From Candidatus Parcubacteria bacterium (GTDB taxonomy: Bacteria; Patescibacteriota; Minisyncoccia; Phycocordibacterales; PALSA-1337), in contig JBDLTF010000002.1 of NCBI GenBank assembly GCA_039799225.1, forward strand, positions 36,552-100,551: 64,000 nucleotides of DNA, in the 5' to 3' direction. Below, piece by piece: positions 37,616 to 46,872 of this stretch; positions within the stretch are counted from its first letter, which is position 1; each line of letters begins with the position of its first letter. Position numbers and translations under genes: made by a program. The notes below the pieces were generated by a model. It ran no database searches, had not been told where the DNA came from, and worked only from the letters and a program-made list of their open reading frames with translations.

Positions 37616-38389
37616 TTACTTCTCCGCCTTTGGCTTAGTTTGTACATCCCTCGCCGATTTCCTGTATGCACAATAGTCACAAGCCTTCGCAGGAGCGGGT
37701 GGCTTTTCTTGCATGAGACATTTCCTGATTTCAGGGAGCGTCTTGTCGACCCATGAATCATTTCCTGTATATGGAATGAGATCAATATCGAAATCGAGCT
37801 TGGCGTCGAATGCCTCGCGGTCAGTCTTACCGTTACAATAAACGAAATACCCTGTCGGAGAGACCTTGAATCCATTCTGGCGGAAGAGCCACTGATATAC
37901 TTCCATCTGACGCTTGTAGCCAATCTGCCATTCTTTGTCGAGAGAAACTTTCTCTTCCTTACTCGTGGACTTGTAGTCGACAATCATGACTTCGCCTGAG
38001 CTATCCACCCAGATATCATCGATAGCACCGGTTACCAGAAGATTGCTCGGCTCATGCACATACCTGATACCTTTGAAATTCGAGCGCCAAATATCGATAT
38101 CCTCATGCTGGAATGGTACAACGTCCTTGAGTCCGTACGCATGCATGAGTGGATGCGGGCGCTTCTTGGTGCGATGAATATCGAACTCTTTCTTGAGGAG
38201 TGCATCGACAGCGGAATTGAGTGCAAACGGGAATCCAGGTGGACGACCAACACCGAGCCTGCAATCGAGATAGAAACAGAGGGGGCAATTTAAGAAAAGG
38301 TCGATTTTGGAACGGCTCACCTTGAATGGCTCGTCGCTTGAGGGATCGAAGATATTACGCGTTCGGCGGGAATTGTAGTAGTCGGACAT
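37616..38389 (-). CDS. PD-(D/E)xK nuclease (Cas4/RecB-like) with N- and C-terminal Cys motifs (CxxCx4C ... CxxC)
   Basis: ORF track; GAIDDIWVD, IVDYKS (D..DxK), RQMEVYQW (QxxxY), Cys pairs at both ends. Confidence 0.55.
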   Translation of the reverse strand: MSDYYNSRRTRNIFDPSSDEPFKVSRSKIDLFLNCPLCFYLDCRLGVGRPPGFPFALNSAVDALLKKEFDIHRTKKRPHPLMHAYGLKDVVPFQHEDIDIWRSNFKGIRYVHEPSNLLVTGAIDDIWVDSSGEVMIVDYKSTSKEEKVSLDKEWQIGYKRQMEVYQWLFRQNGFKVSPTGYFVYCNGKTDREAFDAKLDFDIDLIPYTGNDSWVDKTLPEIRKCLMQEKPPAPAKACDYCAYRKSARDVQTKPKAEK

Positions 38390-38429
38390 GGGGTAAGTTT
38401 ACAGGTAAACATTGAATGAGGAAAGTTTG

Positions 38430-38482
38430 TTGACAATATTATATTTTAGTACTATAATAATATAGAACAATCAACCAAGGAG
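38430..38482 (+). promoter_or_regulatory. consensus promoter TTGACA-17-TATAAT plus AAGGAG RBS for 38493 gene
   Basis: TTGACA 38430-38435, TATAAT 38453-38458, AAGGAG 38477-38482. Confidence 0.6.
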
Positions 38483-38492
38483 TACGTAGGTT

Positions 38493-38747
38493 ATGCTATA
38501 CACATGCAGTGGAATTGAGAGCGATCCCCTCATTCGGTCGCAACTCGAGGAAAGACTCAAAGGAACATCCCTTCACAAAACAGTCTCATGGGTCACTATC
38601 CGCAAGGAATTCGTTGATGCAGGTAAATGTACCAATGATGTCCTGGTGGCCACAATGAATTCTATACTCATGCCATTTGGCATCGTAAGTGGCAAGGACA
38701 ACTGCTTCTGGAACGGTTTACAATTCGACTCAGAAACTGGGCATTAA
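38493..38747 (+). CDS. hypothetical small protein (84 aa, 3 Cys)
   Basis: ORF track; perfect promoter, SD and terminator. Confidence 0.55.
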   Translation: MLYTCSGIESDPLIRSQLEERLKGTSLHKTVSWVTIRKEFVDAGKCTNDVLVATMNSILMPFGIVSGKDNCFWNGLQFDSETGH

Positions 38748-38767
38748 GCATTCTGATTATCCATTTC

Positions 38768-38804
38768 AAGACAGGTTCATTCGGTGAACCTGTCTTTTTT
38801 ATTT
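38768..38804. terminator. bidirectional terminator (GACAGGTTCA-ttcg-TGAACCTGTC + T-run)
   Basis: 10-bp stem + T6. Confidence 0.7.
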
Positions 38805-39059
38805 CTAGATTGCCCTCTCCCTTTTAAGAATCTTCACCTTATTTGCCGCACCCCTATTGTATCCACCCGTTTTCCCGTCGCTCCTTATCACGCGATGACA
38901 CGGAATCTTCGGATCATAGTTCGTATTCAAGATATTCCCCACTGCGCGAGCCGCACGCGGATTCCCCGCCTTCTGCGCAACCTCCTTATACGTCAAAACC
39001 TTCCCTTTCGGAATTTTGCGGACGACTGAGAAAACTTTTTCCTTGAATGTCATAGTCAT
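38805..39059 (-). CDS. ogt: methylated-DNA--protein-cysteine methyltransferase, minimal C-terminal-domain-only form (PCHRV active site)
   Basis: ORF track; ...AARAVGNIL...IPCHRVIRSDG..GGY match to Ogt/Ada C-domain. Confidence 0.7.
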   Translation of the reverse strand: MTMTFKEKVFSVVRKIPKGKVLTYKEVAQKAGNPRAARAVGNILNTNYDPKIPCHRVIRSDGKTGGYNRGAANKVKILKRERAI

Positions 39060-39122
39060 AATTTAAGTGTACCACCGTCGTCGAGCCATGCAACAAAAAA
39101 GCCCCGTCAACCAATGATGGGG

Positions 39123-39473
39123 CTATGATTTTTTACTTTTCCTAATCTTTCCGGCACGACGCTTATCCTGACGACGGTATTTTTTAAGCTTGCAGTAGAA
39201 GGCTGTACCTTCGTGGTTTCCAATCTGTTGAAGAGGTAGTTCACGCTCCAGATCGAGACTCGCGACATCGAGAGCTTTGAGTTTCTCAACCATGCTAACT
39301 GGCTCAGAAGTATCGACGAGGCATATATCGCCTTCGTGAAGTTCTACCGTAACACCATCACCTTGTTCAATTACTTCCACCGAAGGATGCTTATTTAGGA
39401 GAGCACCCACAAGAATTCCGATGAGGTGTTGATTATGATTCTGTCCAACAATGATCACACGTTGTTTACTCAT
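39123..39473 (-). CDS. hypothetical protein (116 aa) with basic C-terminal tail
   Basis: ORF track. Confidence 0.4.
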   Translation of the reverse strand: MSKQRVIIVGQNHNQHLIGILVGALLNKHPSVEVIEQGDGVTVELHEGDICLVDTSEPVSMVEKLKALDVASLDLERELPLQQIGNHEGTAFYCKLKKYRRQDKRRAGKIRKSKKS

Positions 39474-39580
39474 GCGAACCTTTCTCTTTGAGATAGTTTC
39501 AAATTTCTGAAGGTATTATACCACTAATATAGCAAAAAAGCAAGCTCTCGCCTGCTCTTTTGGTCATACTTTATGAGAAA

Positions 39581-40288
39581 TTATTTACTCGTAACAGTCA
39601 CCTTCTTCATGACCACATCAGAAGTCGGCCTATCTCCCGGACCAACATCTGTCGTCGCGATAGCATCGACAACATCCATTCCTGAAATGACGCGACCGAA
39701 GATGGTATATGCATTCGGCAATGGCGTATCTTTGTGCATGATGAAGAACTGAGAACCATTGGTGTTCGGACCTGCATTCGCCATAGCGACGGTGCCGCGG
39801 ACATATCCCTTCTTGAATGACTCCGTAGCAGGATTGAGCTCATCAGCAAACTTGTAGCCAGGGCCTCCACTACCAGTACCTGTTGGATCTCCTCCCTGAA
39901 TCATGAAACCTTCGATGACACGGTGGAAGATGACTCCGTTATAAAATCCTTTATTGGCGAGTGTGACGAAATTCTCGGAAGTCTTAGGAGCGTCAGCATC
40001 ATATGTTTCGAAGACGATGGTTCCTTTATTGGTTTCGATAGTGACTGTGTGCATGAGATTTTTGTTTTGGTTAGTAGTAGTGCTGGTAGTAGGAGTTTGC
40101 TCGCTCGTCGATGCTGATGGGTTACCAAGTGCAATCGCTGGAGTTTCTGTGGAAGATGCATCTGACACCTTCTCTGGAGCCGCCTCTGGTCTCGTCGACC
40201 ACCACTGTATGCCGGCAAGAATGACAACTATAACGACGACCAACGCAATCCATGGGAATTTTCCCGGGGTTTCTGGTGTTGTATCCAT
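39581..40288 (-). CDS. ppiB: peptidyl-prolyl cis-trans isomerase, cyclophilin type, membrane-anchored
   Basis: ORF track; FHRVIEGFMIQGGDP cyclophilin signature; N-terminal TM + low-complexity linker. Confidence 0.8.
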   Translation of the reverse strand: MDTTPETPGKFPWIALVVVIVVILAGIQWWSTRPEAAPEKVSDASSTETPAIALGNPSASTSEQTPTTSTTTNQNKNLMHTVTIETNKGTIVFETYDADAPKTSENFVTLANKGFYNGVIFHRVIEGFMIQGGDPTGTGSGGPGYKFADELNPATESFKKGYVRGTVAMANAGPNTNGSQFFIMHKDTPLPNAYTIFGRVISGMDVVDAIATTDVGPGDRPTSDVVMKKVTVTSK

Positions 40289-40316
40289 AATGATGAATTA
40301 AAATTACTTTTTGAGC

Positions 40317-41333
40317 TTACAGATTATAAAGCTCTTTTATCTTGTCGACAACTTTTTGCTTGGCTTCTGCGAGCGGCAGTGAAATAAGCGTACCTGCAGC
40401 GGCGCGATGTCCTCCGCCACCAAAAGCTGCCGCCAAAGCTGAAACATCGAACTTATTTGCATCCTTGGAACGGAAGCTCGCACGCACCATGCCCGGCTCC
40501 GCTTCAACGAGAGCACCGACGACATCAAACTCACCAACTGTACGCAAGACAGATGAGACTGATCCTGCACTCACACTTTCATCTGAGACACCTTTCTCTT
40601 TGAGAGCCTCGTATGGAACCGCGGAGAGGCCAACTTTTCCTCCAAGCACAGGTTCGAGTGATGCGAGCGCGAGTCCTTTGAAATGCATATCGCTCACTGT
40701 ATTACTGTTCTCCATACCAGCAATAACACCTGAAAATCCTGGACAGATAGTAACCAACTGCGCCGCTATTTCAAATGACTTTGGGGTAACGCTCGTAAAT
40801 TTGAAACCGCCAGTATCAGTATAGAGACCCATGAATAAGTTCGCGGCCATATCAGAAGTAATGTTGATATTCCATTCCTTGAAAAGGTCGAAGAGTATTT
40901 GCGCTGTCGCCGGATATGAAGACTCAATAAGATTGACCGCACCAAAACCAGGATTCGTCGGATGATGATCTATGTCGACAACCGTCATGGATGCAGGAAA
41001 TTCAACGGTACCGGCTGTAGATACTCTGCCGAGTGCAGCAGTATCGAGACAGAGGAACAAGTCGAACTCCGAAAGATCAATCTCAAAGAAATTCTTCATC
41101 ACAATATCCTTTGCTCCAGGAAAATGCATGAATGCCTGAGGAATATCAGAGTCACCTTTGATAACAGTCGCCTTCTTACCGAGTTGCTCAACGGCAAATT
41201 TCATAGCCAGAGCGGATCCGACACTATCAGGATCGGGTGATGGATGACAATGGAGCAGTATTGATTTCGCCTTCTGGATCTCGGTGAGAATAAGGGGGGC
41301 CTTCTCGCGAATGAGCGGGGTTGTTTGATTCAT
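40317..41333 (-). CDS. nrnA: DHH/DHHA1 phosphoesterase (NrnA-like nanoRNase / pAp phosphatase)
   Basis: ORF track; DIDHH and GGGGH motifs. Confidence 0.7.
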   Translation of the reverse strand: MNQTTPLIREKAPLILTEIQKAKSILLHCHPSPDPDSVGSALAMKFAVEQLGKKATVIKGDSDIPQAFMHFPGAKDIVMKNFFEIDLSEFDLFLCLDTAALGRVSTAGTVEFPASMTVVDIDHHPTNPGFGAVNLIESSYPATAQILFDLFKEWNINITSDMAANLFMGLYTDTGGFKFTSVTPKSFEIAAQLVTICPGFSGVIAGMENSNTVSDMHFKGLALASLEPVLGGKVGLSAVPYEALKEKGVSDESVSAGSVSSVLRTVGEFDVVGALVEAEPGMVRASFRSKDANKFDVSALAAAFGGGGHRAAAGTLISLPLAEAKQKVVDKIKELYNL

Positions 41334-41353
41334 ATATGGTCACTATCCTAACA

Positions 41354-41830
41354 TTACTTGAAGAAGACGGGTATCTCTGCAGATTTGTCTCGTGCAGGCT
41401 CGCCTGACGGATTGTCATTCTTGAGAATAAGGAATCCGCGACGACCGAATGCGTCAGCGTTGGCAGGAACTGAGAATTCAAGTACTGCCTGGAATGGTAC
41501 GAACTCTGTCGTCATCCATTCTGTCTGAGCTTCAGCGTGCCCTTCAGCAATAATGAGACCATCTCCATCGGTGAGCAGTACGGGGAAGCTTGCCTCGAAA
41601 TACCATGGACCGCGTGCCTCGCCCGTGATGCGGAACGGTGAAGTGATAGCGTCTCCGGGCATAACTGAGATGTTTCGTATGTCATTTGCAGTCGCACCTC
41701 CACTATATGATACGAGCAATACTGTGCGCAGATCAGCTGGAGCGAATACCGACTTCTTAACCGCGAGAAATGCGATTGCCAGCACAATGACGACAACCAC
41801 GATAGATATGATGATCTTGGTGTATTTCAT
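41354..41830 (-). CDS. membrane-anchored Gmad2/Ig-like domain protein
   Basis: ORF track; TM + beta-rich domain resembling GerM/Gmad2. Confidence 0.4.
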   Translation of the reverse strand: MKYTKIIISIVVVVIVLAIAFLAVKKSVFAPADLRTVLLVSYSGGATANDIRNISVMPGDAITSPFRITGEARGPWYFEASFPVLLTDGDGLIIAEGHAEAQTEWMTTEFVPFQAVLEFSVPANADAFGRRGFLILKNDNPSGEPARDKSAEIPVFFK

Positions 41831-41862
41831 AGTTACAATCTACCATATTCCATGCTATATTT

Positions 41863-43284
41863 GTGGGCATGAAAAGAACCTATATCAAAGACCTCAAGGA
41901 CCATATTGGATCCGAAGCGTCAATTTCCGGCTGGGTAGATATCCGCCGCGACCACGGCAAGCTTATCTTCATCGACTTCCGTGATATGACCGGCAAGGTG
42001 CAGTCCATCGCTCTCCCTATGAATAAGGAGGCTCATGAGGTCGCAGGCAAGATTCGCCCTGAATGGGTCGTTCGTGCCACCGGAATGATCAACAAGAGAC
42101 CTGAGAAGATGATCTCCAAGAATAAGGAAACCGGCGAAATAGAGCCAAATGGCGATATTGAACTCGAACTCAAGAAGCTTGAAATATTGAACGAAGCTGA
42201 GACTCCAGCTATCGATGTGCGCAGTGATGGCATGGAAATCGGTGAAGAGGCTCGCCTCAAGTATCGCTACCTCGACTTGCGCCGTCCACGAATGCAGAAG
42301 ACTATTCGCGTCCGCCACAAGATCATCAAGCATGTCCGTGATTTCTTGGACAACGAAGGATTCACTGAGATCGAAACTCCTATCCTCACCAAGTCGACTC
42401 CCGAAGGAGCTCGCGACTATGTTGTACCTTCTCGTCTCGAACAGGGCAAATTCTACGCACTTCCTCAGTCTCCTCAGCAGTACAAACAGCTCCTCATGAC
42501 CTCAGGTTTCGAGAAGTATTTCCAGATCGCTCGCTGTTTCCGCGATGAAGACACCCGCTCTGATCGTCAGCCAGAGTTCACACAGATGGACCTTGAGATG
42601 AGCTTCGTCGAGCGCGAAGATGTCATGGCTGTAAATGAGGCTATGCTCATCGAGATTGTCACCAAGCTCTTCCCTGAAAAGAAAATTCAAGCTGTTCCTT
42701 TCCCACGCATCACTTACAAGGAAGCTATGGAGAAGTACGGCAACGATCGTCCTGATATCCGCACTGACAAGAATGATCCAAACTTGCTCGCCTTCTGCTG
42801 GGTCATTGATTTTCCATTCTTCGAAAAGACTGAGGAGGGTGGTTGGACATTCACGCACAACCCATTCTCAGCTCCTAAGCCTGAGCACATGGAGATGCTC
42901 ATGAATAAGAAAGATATCGGCGACATCCTCACGACTCAGTACGATATCGCACTCAATGGATTTGAGATTGGTGGTGGAAGCATTCGCAACCACAACCCTG
43001 AAGCTCTCAAGAGAGTTTTTGAAATCATGGGATACCCTGCAGAGACTATCGAAGCAAACTTCGGTCACATGCTCCGCGCACTCGGCTCCGGAACTCCTCC
43101 ACACGGTGGTATCGCTTGGGGTCTCGATCGTTTCGTCGCTCTTCTCACCAACAGTGAATCTATCCGCGAGACTATCGCATTCGCCAAGACTGGTGAAGGT
43201 CGTGACCTCATGATGGAAGCTCCGTCAGATATCTCAGAAAAACAGTGGAAAGAGCTTGGTATAGAGATTAGGAAGAAGAAATAG
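41863..43284 (+). CDS. aspS: aspartate--tRNA ligase (bacterial-type core lacking GAD insertion)
   Basis: ORF track; CFRDEDTRSDRQPEFTQMD matches bacterial AspRS motif 2 region; 473 aa. Confidence 0.8.
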   Translation: MGMKRTYIKDLKDHIGSEASISGWVDIRRDHGKLIFIDFRDMTGKVQSIALPMNKEAHEVAGKIRPEWVVRATGMINKRPEKMISKNKETGEIEPNGDIELELKKLEILNEAETPAIDVRSDGMEIGEEARLKYRYLDLRRPRMQKTIRVRHKIIKHVRDFLDNEGFTEIETPILTKSTPEGARDYVVPSRLEQGKFYALPQSPQQYKQLLMTSGFEKYFQIARCFRDEDTRSDRQPEFTQMDLEMSFVEREDVMAVNEAMLIEIVTKLFPEKKIQAVPFPRITYKEAMEKYGNDRPDIRTDKNDPNLLAFCWVIDFPFFEKTEEGGWTFTHNPFSAPKPEHMEMLMNKKDIGDILTTQYDIALNGFEIGGGSIRNHNPEALKRVFEIMGYPAETIEANFGHMLRALGSGTPPHGGIAWGLDRFVALLTNSESIRETIAFAKTGEGRDLMMEAPSDISEKQWKELGIEIRKKK

Positions 43285-43290
43285 GTCGTC

Positions 43291-43320
43291 AAAAAATCCC
43301 GCCATCAACGGGTTTTTTAT
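43291..43320. terminator. bidirectional terminator (CCCG-ccatcaa-CGGG + T-run)
   Basis: hairpin + tttttt between aspS and msrB. Confidence 0.45.
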
Positions 43321-43694
43321 TTCCCCTCCTCAAGATCCAAACACACCGAATTCAAACAATATCTCTTCCCCGTCTTCGTCGGACCATCATTGAACATATG
43401 TCCAAGATGCGAACCACAGGTAGCACAAACTATTTCGGTACGATTCATACCCTGTGAATCATCGACGATCTCTTTCACTGATCCAGGCAAAGCTTGATCA
43501 AATGACGGCCACCCAGTTCCGGAATCAAATTTCGCATCAGATGAAAATAATTTTGATCCACACACTTTGCAGGTATACATTCCGGTACGGTCATCGTGCA
43601 ACAACTTTCCCGAGAAAGGTGCTTCCGTTCCTTTTTCGCGGAGCACATGATACTCCTCAGGTGTCAGTTTCTTTTTGATCTCATCTTCATTCAT
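43317..43694 (-). CDS. msrB: peptide-methionine (R)-S-oxide reductase
   Basis: ORF track; two CxxC zinc motifs and RYC catalytic region. Confidence 0.85.
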   Translation of the reverse strand: MNEDEIKKKLTPEEYHVLREKGTEAPFSGKLLHDDRTGMYTCKVCGSKLFSSDAKFDSGTGWPSFDQALPGSVKEIVDDSQGMNRTEIVCATCGSHLGHMFNDGPTKTGKRYCLNSVCLDLEEGK

Positions 43695-43707
43695 ATATTC
43701 TTTGAGA

Positions 43708-44277
43708 TTATTTCTTCAATAATTCTGCAAACCTCTTTTCGAGCTTTTCCAATTTCGGCGCAATGACAAGCTGACAGTACGGCTGATCAGAATGATTCTT
43801 GTAATATTCTTGATGATATCCTTCTGCTTCATAGAATGTTCCAAGCGGCTTCACTTCAGTAACAATCGGCGTGTCGTACGATTTCGTACTATCCAATTCT
43901 TTGATGAGAGCTTCTGCTTTCTCTTTCTGCTCATCATCTGAATAGAAAATTGCTGAACGATATTGCGTACCAACATCATTGCCTTGCCTATTCAATGTCG
44001 TCGGATTGTGAGTATTGAAAAACACAACAAGAAGATCATCATACGCTATTGCCGAAGAATCATATTCAATCTTGATTGCCTCGGCGTGACCAGTGTCCCC
44101 ATTTGAAACCTGTTCATACGTAGGATTCTCAAGTGCACCTCCTGTATATCCTGATTTCACTGAGACGACACCTTTCAACGAGGAGAAAACTGCCTCTGTG
44201 CACCAGAAACATCCATTCGCGAAAACGGCGACCTTGTTTCGTTGAGATTCCATATCCACGATTATACCACTAAGCAT
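43708..44277 (-). CDS. msrA: peptide-methionine (S)-S-oxide reductase
   Basis: ORF track; GCFWC motif. Confidence 0.85.
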   Translation of the reverse strand: MLSGIIVDMESQRNKVAVFANGCFWCTEAVFSSLKGVVSVKSGYTGGALENPTYEQVSNGDTGHAEAIKIEYDSSAIAYDDLLVVFFNTHNPTTLNRQGNDVGTQYRSAIFYSDDEQKEKAEALIKELDSTKSYDTPIVTEVKPLGTFYEAEGYHQEYYKNHSDQPYCQLVIAPKLEKLEKRFAELLKK

Positions 44278-44305
44278 TTGCCCTTGCCGATGCTACAATG
44301 CCCCT

Positions 44306-44473
44306 ATGGATCAACGTCACCTTATATGGATAGGAATGGCCGTGGGATCAGCCATTGGAGGCTGGATTCCCGCGCTTTGGGACGCTGGAATGCTCTCGAT
44401 GTCAGGAATCCTCGGCAGTATGATCGGCGGATTCGTCGGAATATTCATCGGTCTCAAGCTCGCAAACTGGTAA
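44306..44473 (+). CDS. GlsB/YeaQ/YmgE-like small glycine-zipper membrane protein (55 aa)
   Basis: Manual translation MDQRHLIWIGMAVGSAIGGWIPALWDAGMLSMSGILGSMIGGFVGIFIGLKLANW; different frame from track ORF 44242..44493. Confidence 0.4.
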   Translation: MDQRHLIWIGMAVGSAIGGWIPALWDAGMLSMSGILGSMIGGFVGIFIGLKLANW

Positions 44474-44531
44474 ACAAAAACACCCCTTCATAAATGATGG
44501 GGTGTTTTTCACATATTCACAACGTGAAGCA

Positions 44532-44642
44532 TTAGCGCTTCTTGGTGTGCTTGTGTGCAAGGCGCGCACGCTTCGCGAGGACACGCTTCTTCGTCTTGCG
44601 TGAACGTGATGCCTTCTTTTGAACTGATGCTCTTTTTGCCAT
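44532..44642 (-). CDS. putative 36-aa highly basic peptide (MAKRASVQKKASRSRKTKKRVLAKRARLAHKHTKKR)
   Basis: Manual translation; below track cutoff. Confidence 0.3.
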   Translation of the reverse strand: MAKRASVQKKASRSRKTKKRVLAKRARLAHKHTKKR

Positions 44643-44717
44643 GATGGAGACACTATACCACAACCCAGAGAATTATCCAAAGAAAAAACGCACCTTATGA
44701 GCGCGTTTTTCCGGAGA

Positions 44718-44801
44718 TTATTTTCTCTTCTTGGAAGTCTTCTTTTTCTTTGAAGCCTTCTTCGACGCCTTCTTGGCGACCTTTCTCTTTTTCTTTGCCA
44801 T
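44718..44801 (-). CDS. putative 27-aa lysine-rich peptide (MAKKKRKVAKKASKKASKKKKTSKKRK)
   Basis: Manual translation; tandem with the 36-aa peptide. Confidence 0.25.
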   Translation of the reverse strand: MAKKKRKVAKKASKKASKKKKTSKKRK

Positions 44802-44946
44802 GATAGTGTTGAGCTATATTACGACTGCCAATGCTCGACCGCTATTCATTATAGAACATGCACGCATGAATGCGAGCGATTTTTTGTAAAACTGTGTATA
44901 ACTTTCTGTCGCAGAATTTTTTCGCACACAATGTTATCATGCAAAT

Positions 44947-45513
44947 ATGGAAACGACCGACGAACAACTTGCAGAGCGGAGCGCTCGCGGTGATGACGAT
45001 GCATTTCAAGAAATCGTGCGACGCTATCTCGGATCGATCTATCGATTCGCATTCCAATACGCGCGCACTGAAGAAGATGCAGAAGATATCGCGCAAGATT
45101 CTTTTTTCAAAGCGTGGAAGTACATCAAGCGTTACAAAAAAGGTCGTCCACTCAAACCATGGCTCTTCACTATTGCGCGCAACACTGCGCTTGATTTCCT
45201 CAAGAAGAAACGGCCTCTCACATTTTCGTCTATTAAAAATGGTGAGGATACCACTCCTTTCGAGGATACCCTCGAAGACACTGAACTGTTACAGACCGAT
45301 TTATTCGAACGTGCCGAGTCAAAAGAGGAACTCTTGAAACTCCTCGATACACTGCATCCAGACCACCGTTCAGTACTCACCCTCTATTATCATGAGGAGC
45401 TTACTTTCGAGGAGATTGCCGAGACTCTCGAGAGACCTATGAATACCGTCAAAAGCTGGCACCGACGTGCGCTTATCAAGATCCGAGGACTCTTGCACCA
45501 AAAGGGTCTTTAA
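44947..45513 (+). CDS. ECF-type RNA polymerase sigma factor
   Basis: ORF track; sigma70 region 2 (YLGSIYRFAFQYARTEEDAEDIAQDSFFKAW) and region 4 HTH. Confidence 0.8.
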   Translation: METTDEQLAERSARGDDDAFQEIVRRYLGSIYRFAFQYARTEEDAEDIAQDSFFKAWKYIKRYKKGRPLKPWLFTIARNTALDFLKKKRPLTFSSIKNGEDTTPFEDTLEDTELLQTDLFERAESKEELLKLLDTLHPDHRSVLTLYYHEELTFEEIAETLERPMNTVKSWHRRALIKIRGLLHQKGL

Positions 45514-45534
45514 TATCGTATATACCCTATAACC

Positions 45535-45945
45535 ATGGATGATTCTTATAAAAAGATCGTAATCTCTCTCGAGACTCCACGCCCTTCAAGAGACTTGGCA
45601 GACCGTATCAGCACACGTATCGTACGCGCCCGCATCGTGAAAAATCGCATCAGTGTCTCTTTGCACGGAGCTGTTGCAGTCGGATCAATGGTTATGTTTG
45701 TTACCGCACTCCAATACACAAGTACCGAAGCGAGTCAGTCAGGATTCTATGACTATATGTCGCTCTTGGTTTCCGATGGTAGATATCTAATCTCAAGTTG
45801 GAAGGAAGTTTCAATCACTATCCTCGAGTCTGCCCCAATCTTGGGCGCAGCACTCTCTGTTGGAACATTGATCATACTGACCAATGCAGTTCGCCGCGGT
45901 GCTCGATACATCGCTCCGACGAAATCATCACTCATACGTGCATAA
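45535..45945 (+). CDS. putative membrane anti-sigma factor
   Basis: ORF track; position after ECF sigma, single TM. Confidence 0.4.
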   Translation: MDDSYKKIVISLETPRPSRDLADRISTRIVRARIVKNRISVSLHGAVAVGSMVMFVTALQYTSTEASQSGFYDYMSLLVSDGRYLISSWKEVSITILESAPILGAALSVGTLIILTNAVRRGARYIAPTKSSLIRA

Positions 45946-45980
45946 GGTACCGTTCCAGCTATCAACCCTTAACTATTTCT

Positions 45981-46460
45981 ATGAATCTTTCCGATGTTAC
46001 CAATTCGTTGCAATCAGCGAAAACAACCGCGCTCATCCGCATATTAATCATCTTGTTTGTGCTCCTCGTTATATTCTGGATAGGTATCACCCTTGGCTGG
46101 CACAAAGCTGATTTCTCATATCGCTTCAGCGACAATTATTACCACTCATCCGGCGGAGATGCTGGCACACCCAATCCTAGTAGTCTGGTGAGTAGCCACG
46201 GTGCTGTAGGCAAAGTGCTCTCCATCAATCTTCCAACTATGATTGTGTCTGATGCAAACGGTATAGAAAAGAGTGTTCATATTTCAAATGACACTATTAT
46301 CCGTAGTGGACGAGGTGGAATAGCATCGACCACTATCACTGACAATGATTTCATTATTGTCATCGGCAATCCAGGAGTGAACGGTCAGATTACCGCTAAG
46401 CTCATTCGCGTCCTCCCTCCCGCACCGATACTTGCGACTACCTCAGTTTTGATCCCCTAG
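45981..46460 (+). CDS. hypothetical membrane-anchored protein (third gene of sigma module)
   Basis: Track ORF 45798..46460 trimmed to first ATG after anti-sigma stop; TM then extracytoplasmic domain. Confidence 0.4.
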   Translation: MNLSDVTNSLQSAKTTALIRILIILFVLLVIFWIGITLGWHKADFSYRFSDNYYHSSGGDAGTPNPSSLVSSHGAVGKVLSINLPTMIVSDANGIEKSVHISNDTIIRSGRGGIASTTITDNDFIIVIGNPGVNGQITAKLIRVLPPAPILATTSVLIP

Positions 46461-46481
46461 AACTTAGCTATAAACAAACGT

Positions 46482-46835
46482 TTAGTGCGCCTGAAGAGAA
46501 ACATCAACCACTGCCTCTTTTGGTCGTGAAGTGAATTTGCGTGCACCGATCAAGATTGAAATGGAACCAACAATATAGAGCACATAGAAGAATGCCTGAA
46601 GTGGAATTCCGTAGAGAAGCAAATCAAATCCCTGCTTTGCTTCATAGTTGATGAATGCTGCTAAGAGAACACCGATAGCGATAACGAACATGCCGAGCGC
46701 AATATATTTGAGTGAGCTCTGGAAAAGACGCAGGCGTGGGAATGATTCTGCCGAAAGAGAGATATATGCGGCAGTGATGACGCCGACGATGACTGCGACG
46801 AATATGAGAACGAGTTCGTATTGATCAGATGTCAT
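46482..46835 (-). CDS. hypothetical 3-4 TM membrane protein
   Basis: ORF track. Confidence 0.4.
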   Translation of the reverse strand: MTSDQYELVLIFVAVIVGVITAAYISLSAESFPRLRLFQSSLKYIALGMFVIAIGVLLAAFINYEAKQGFDLLLYGIPLQAFFYVLYIVGSISILIGARKFTSRPKEAVVDVSLQAH

Positions 46836-46872
46836 AGAGTTTTATTGATCACCCATAATTGGCATAATTATA

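Noticed and set aside
44242-44493. Track ORF of 83 aa (Arg-rich, MRFHIHDY...)
   Set aside because: An alternative frame in the same interval encodes a convincing glycine-zipper membrane protein preceded by a TACAAT box; the track ORF looks like compositional noise.
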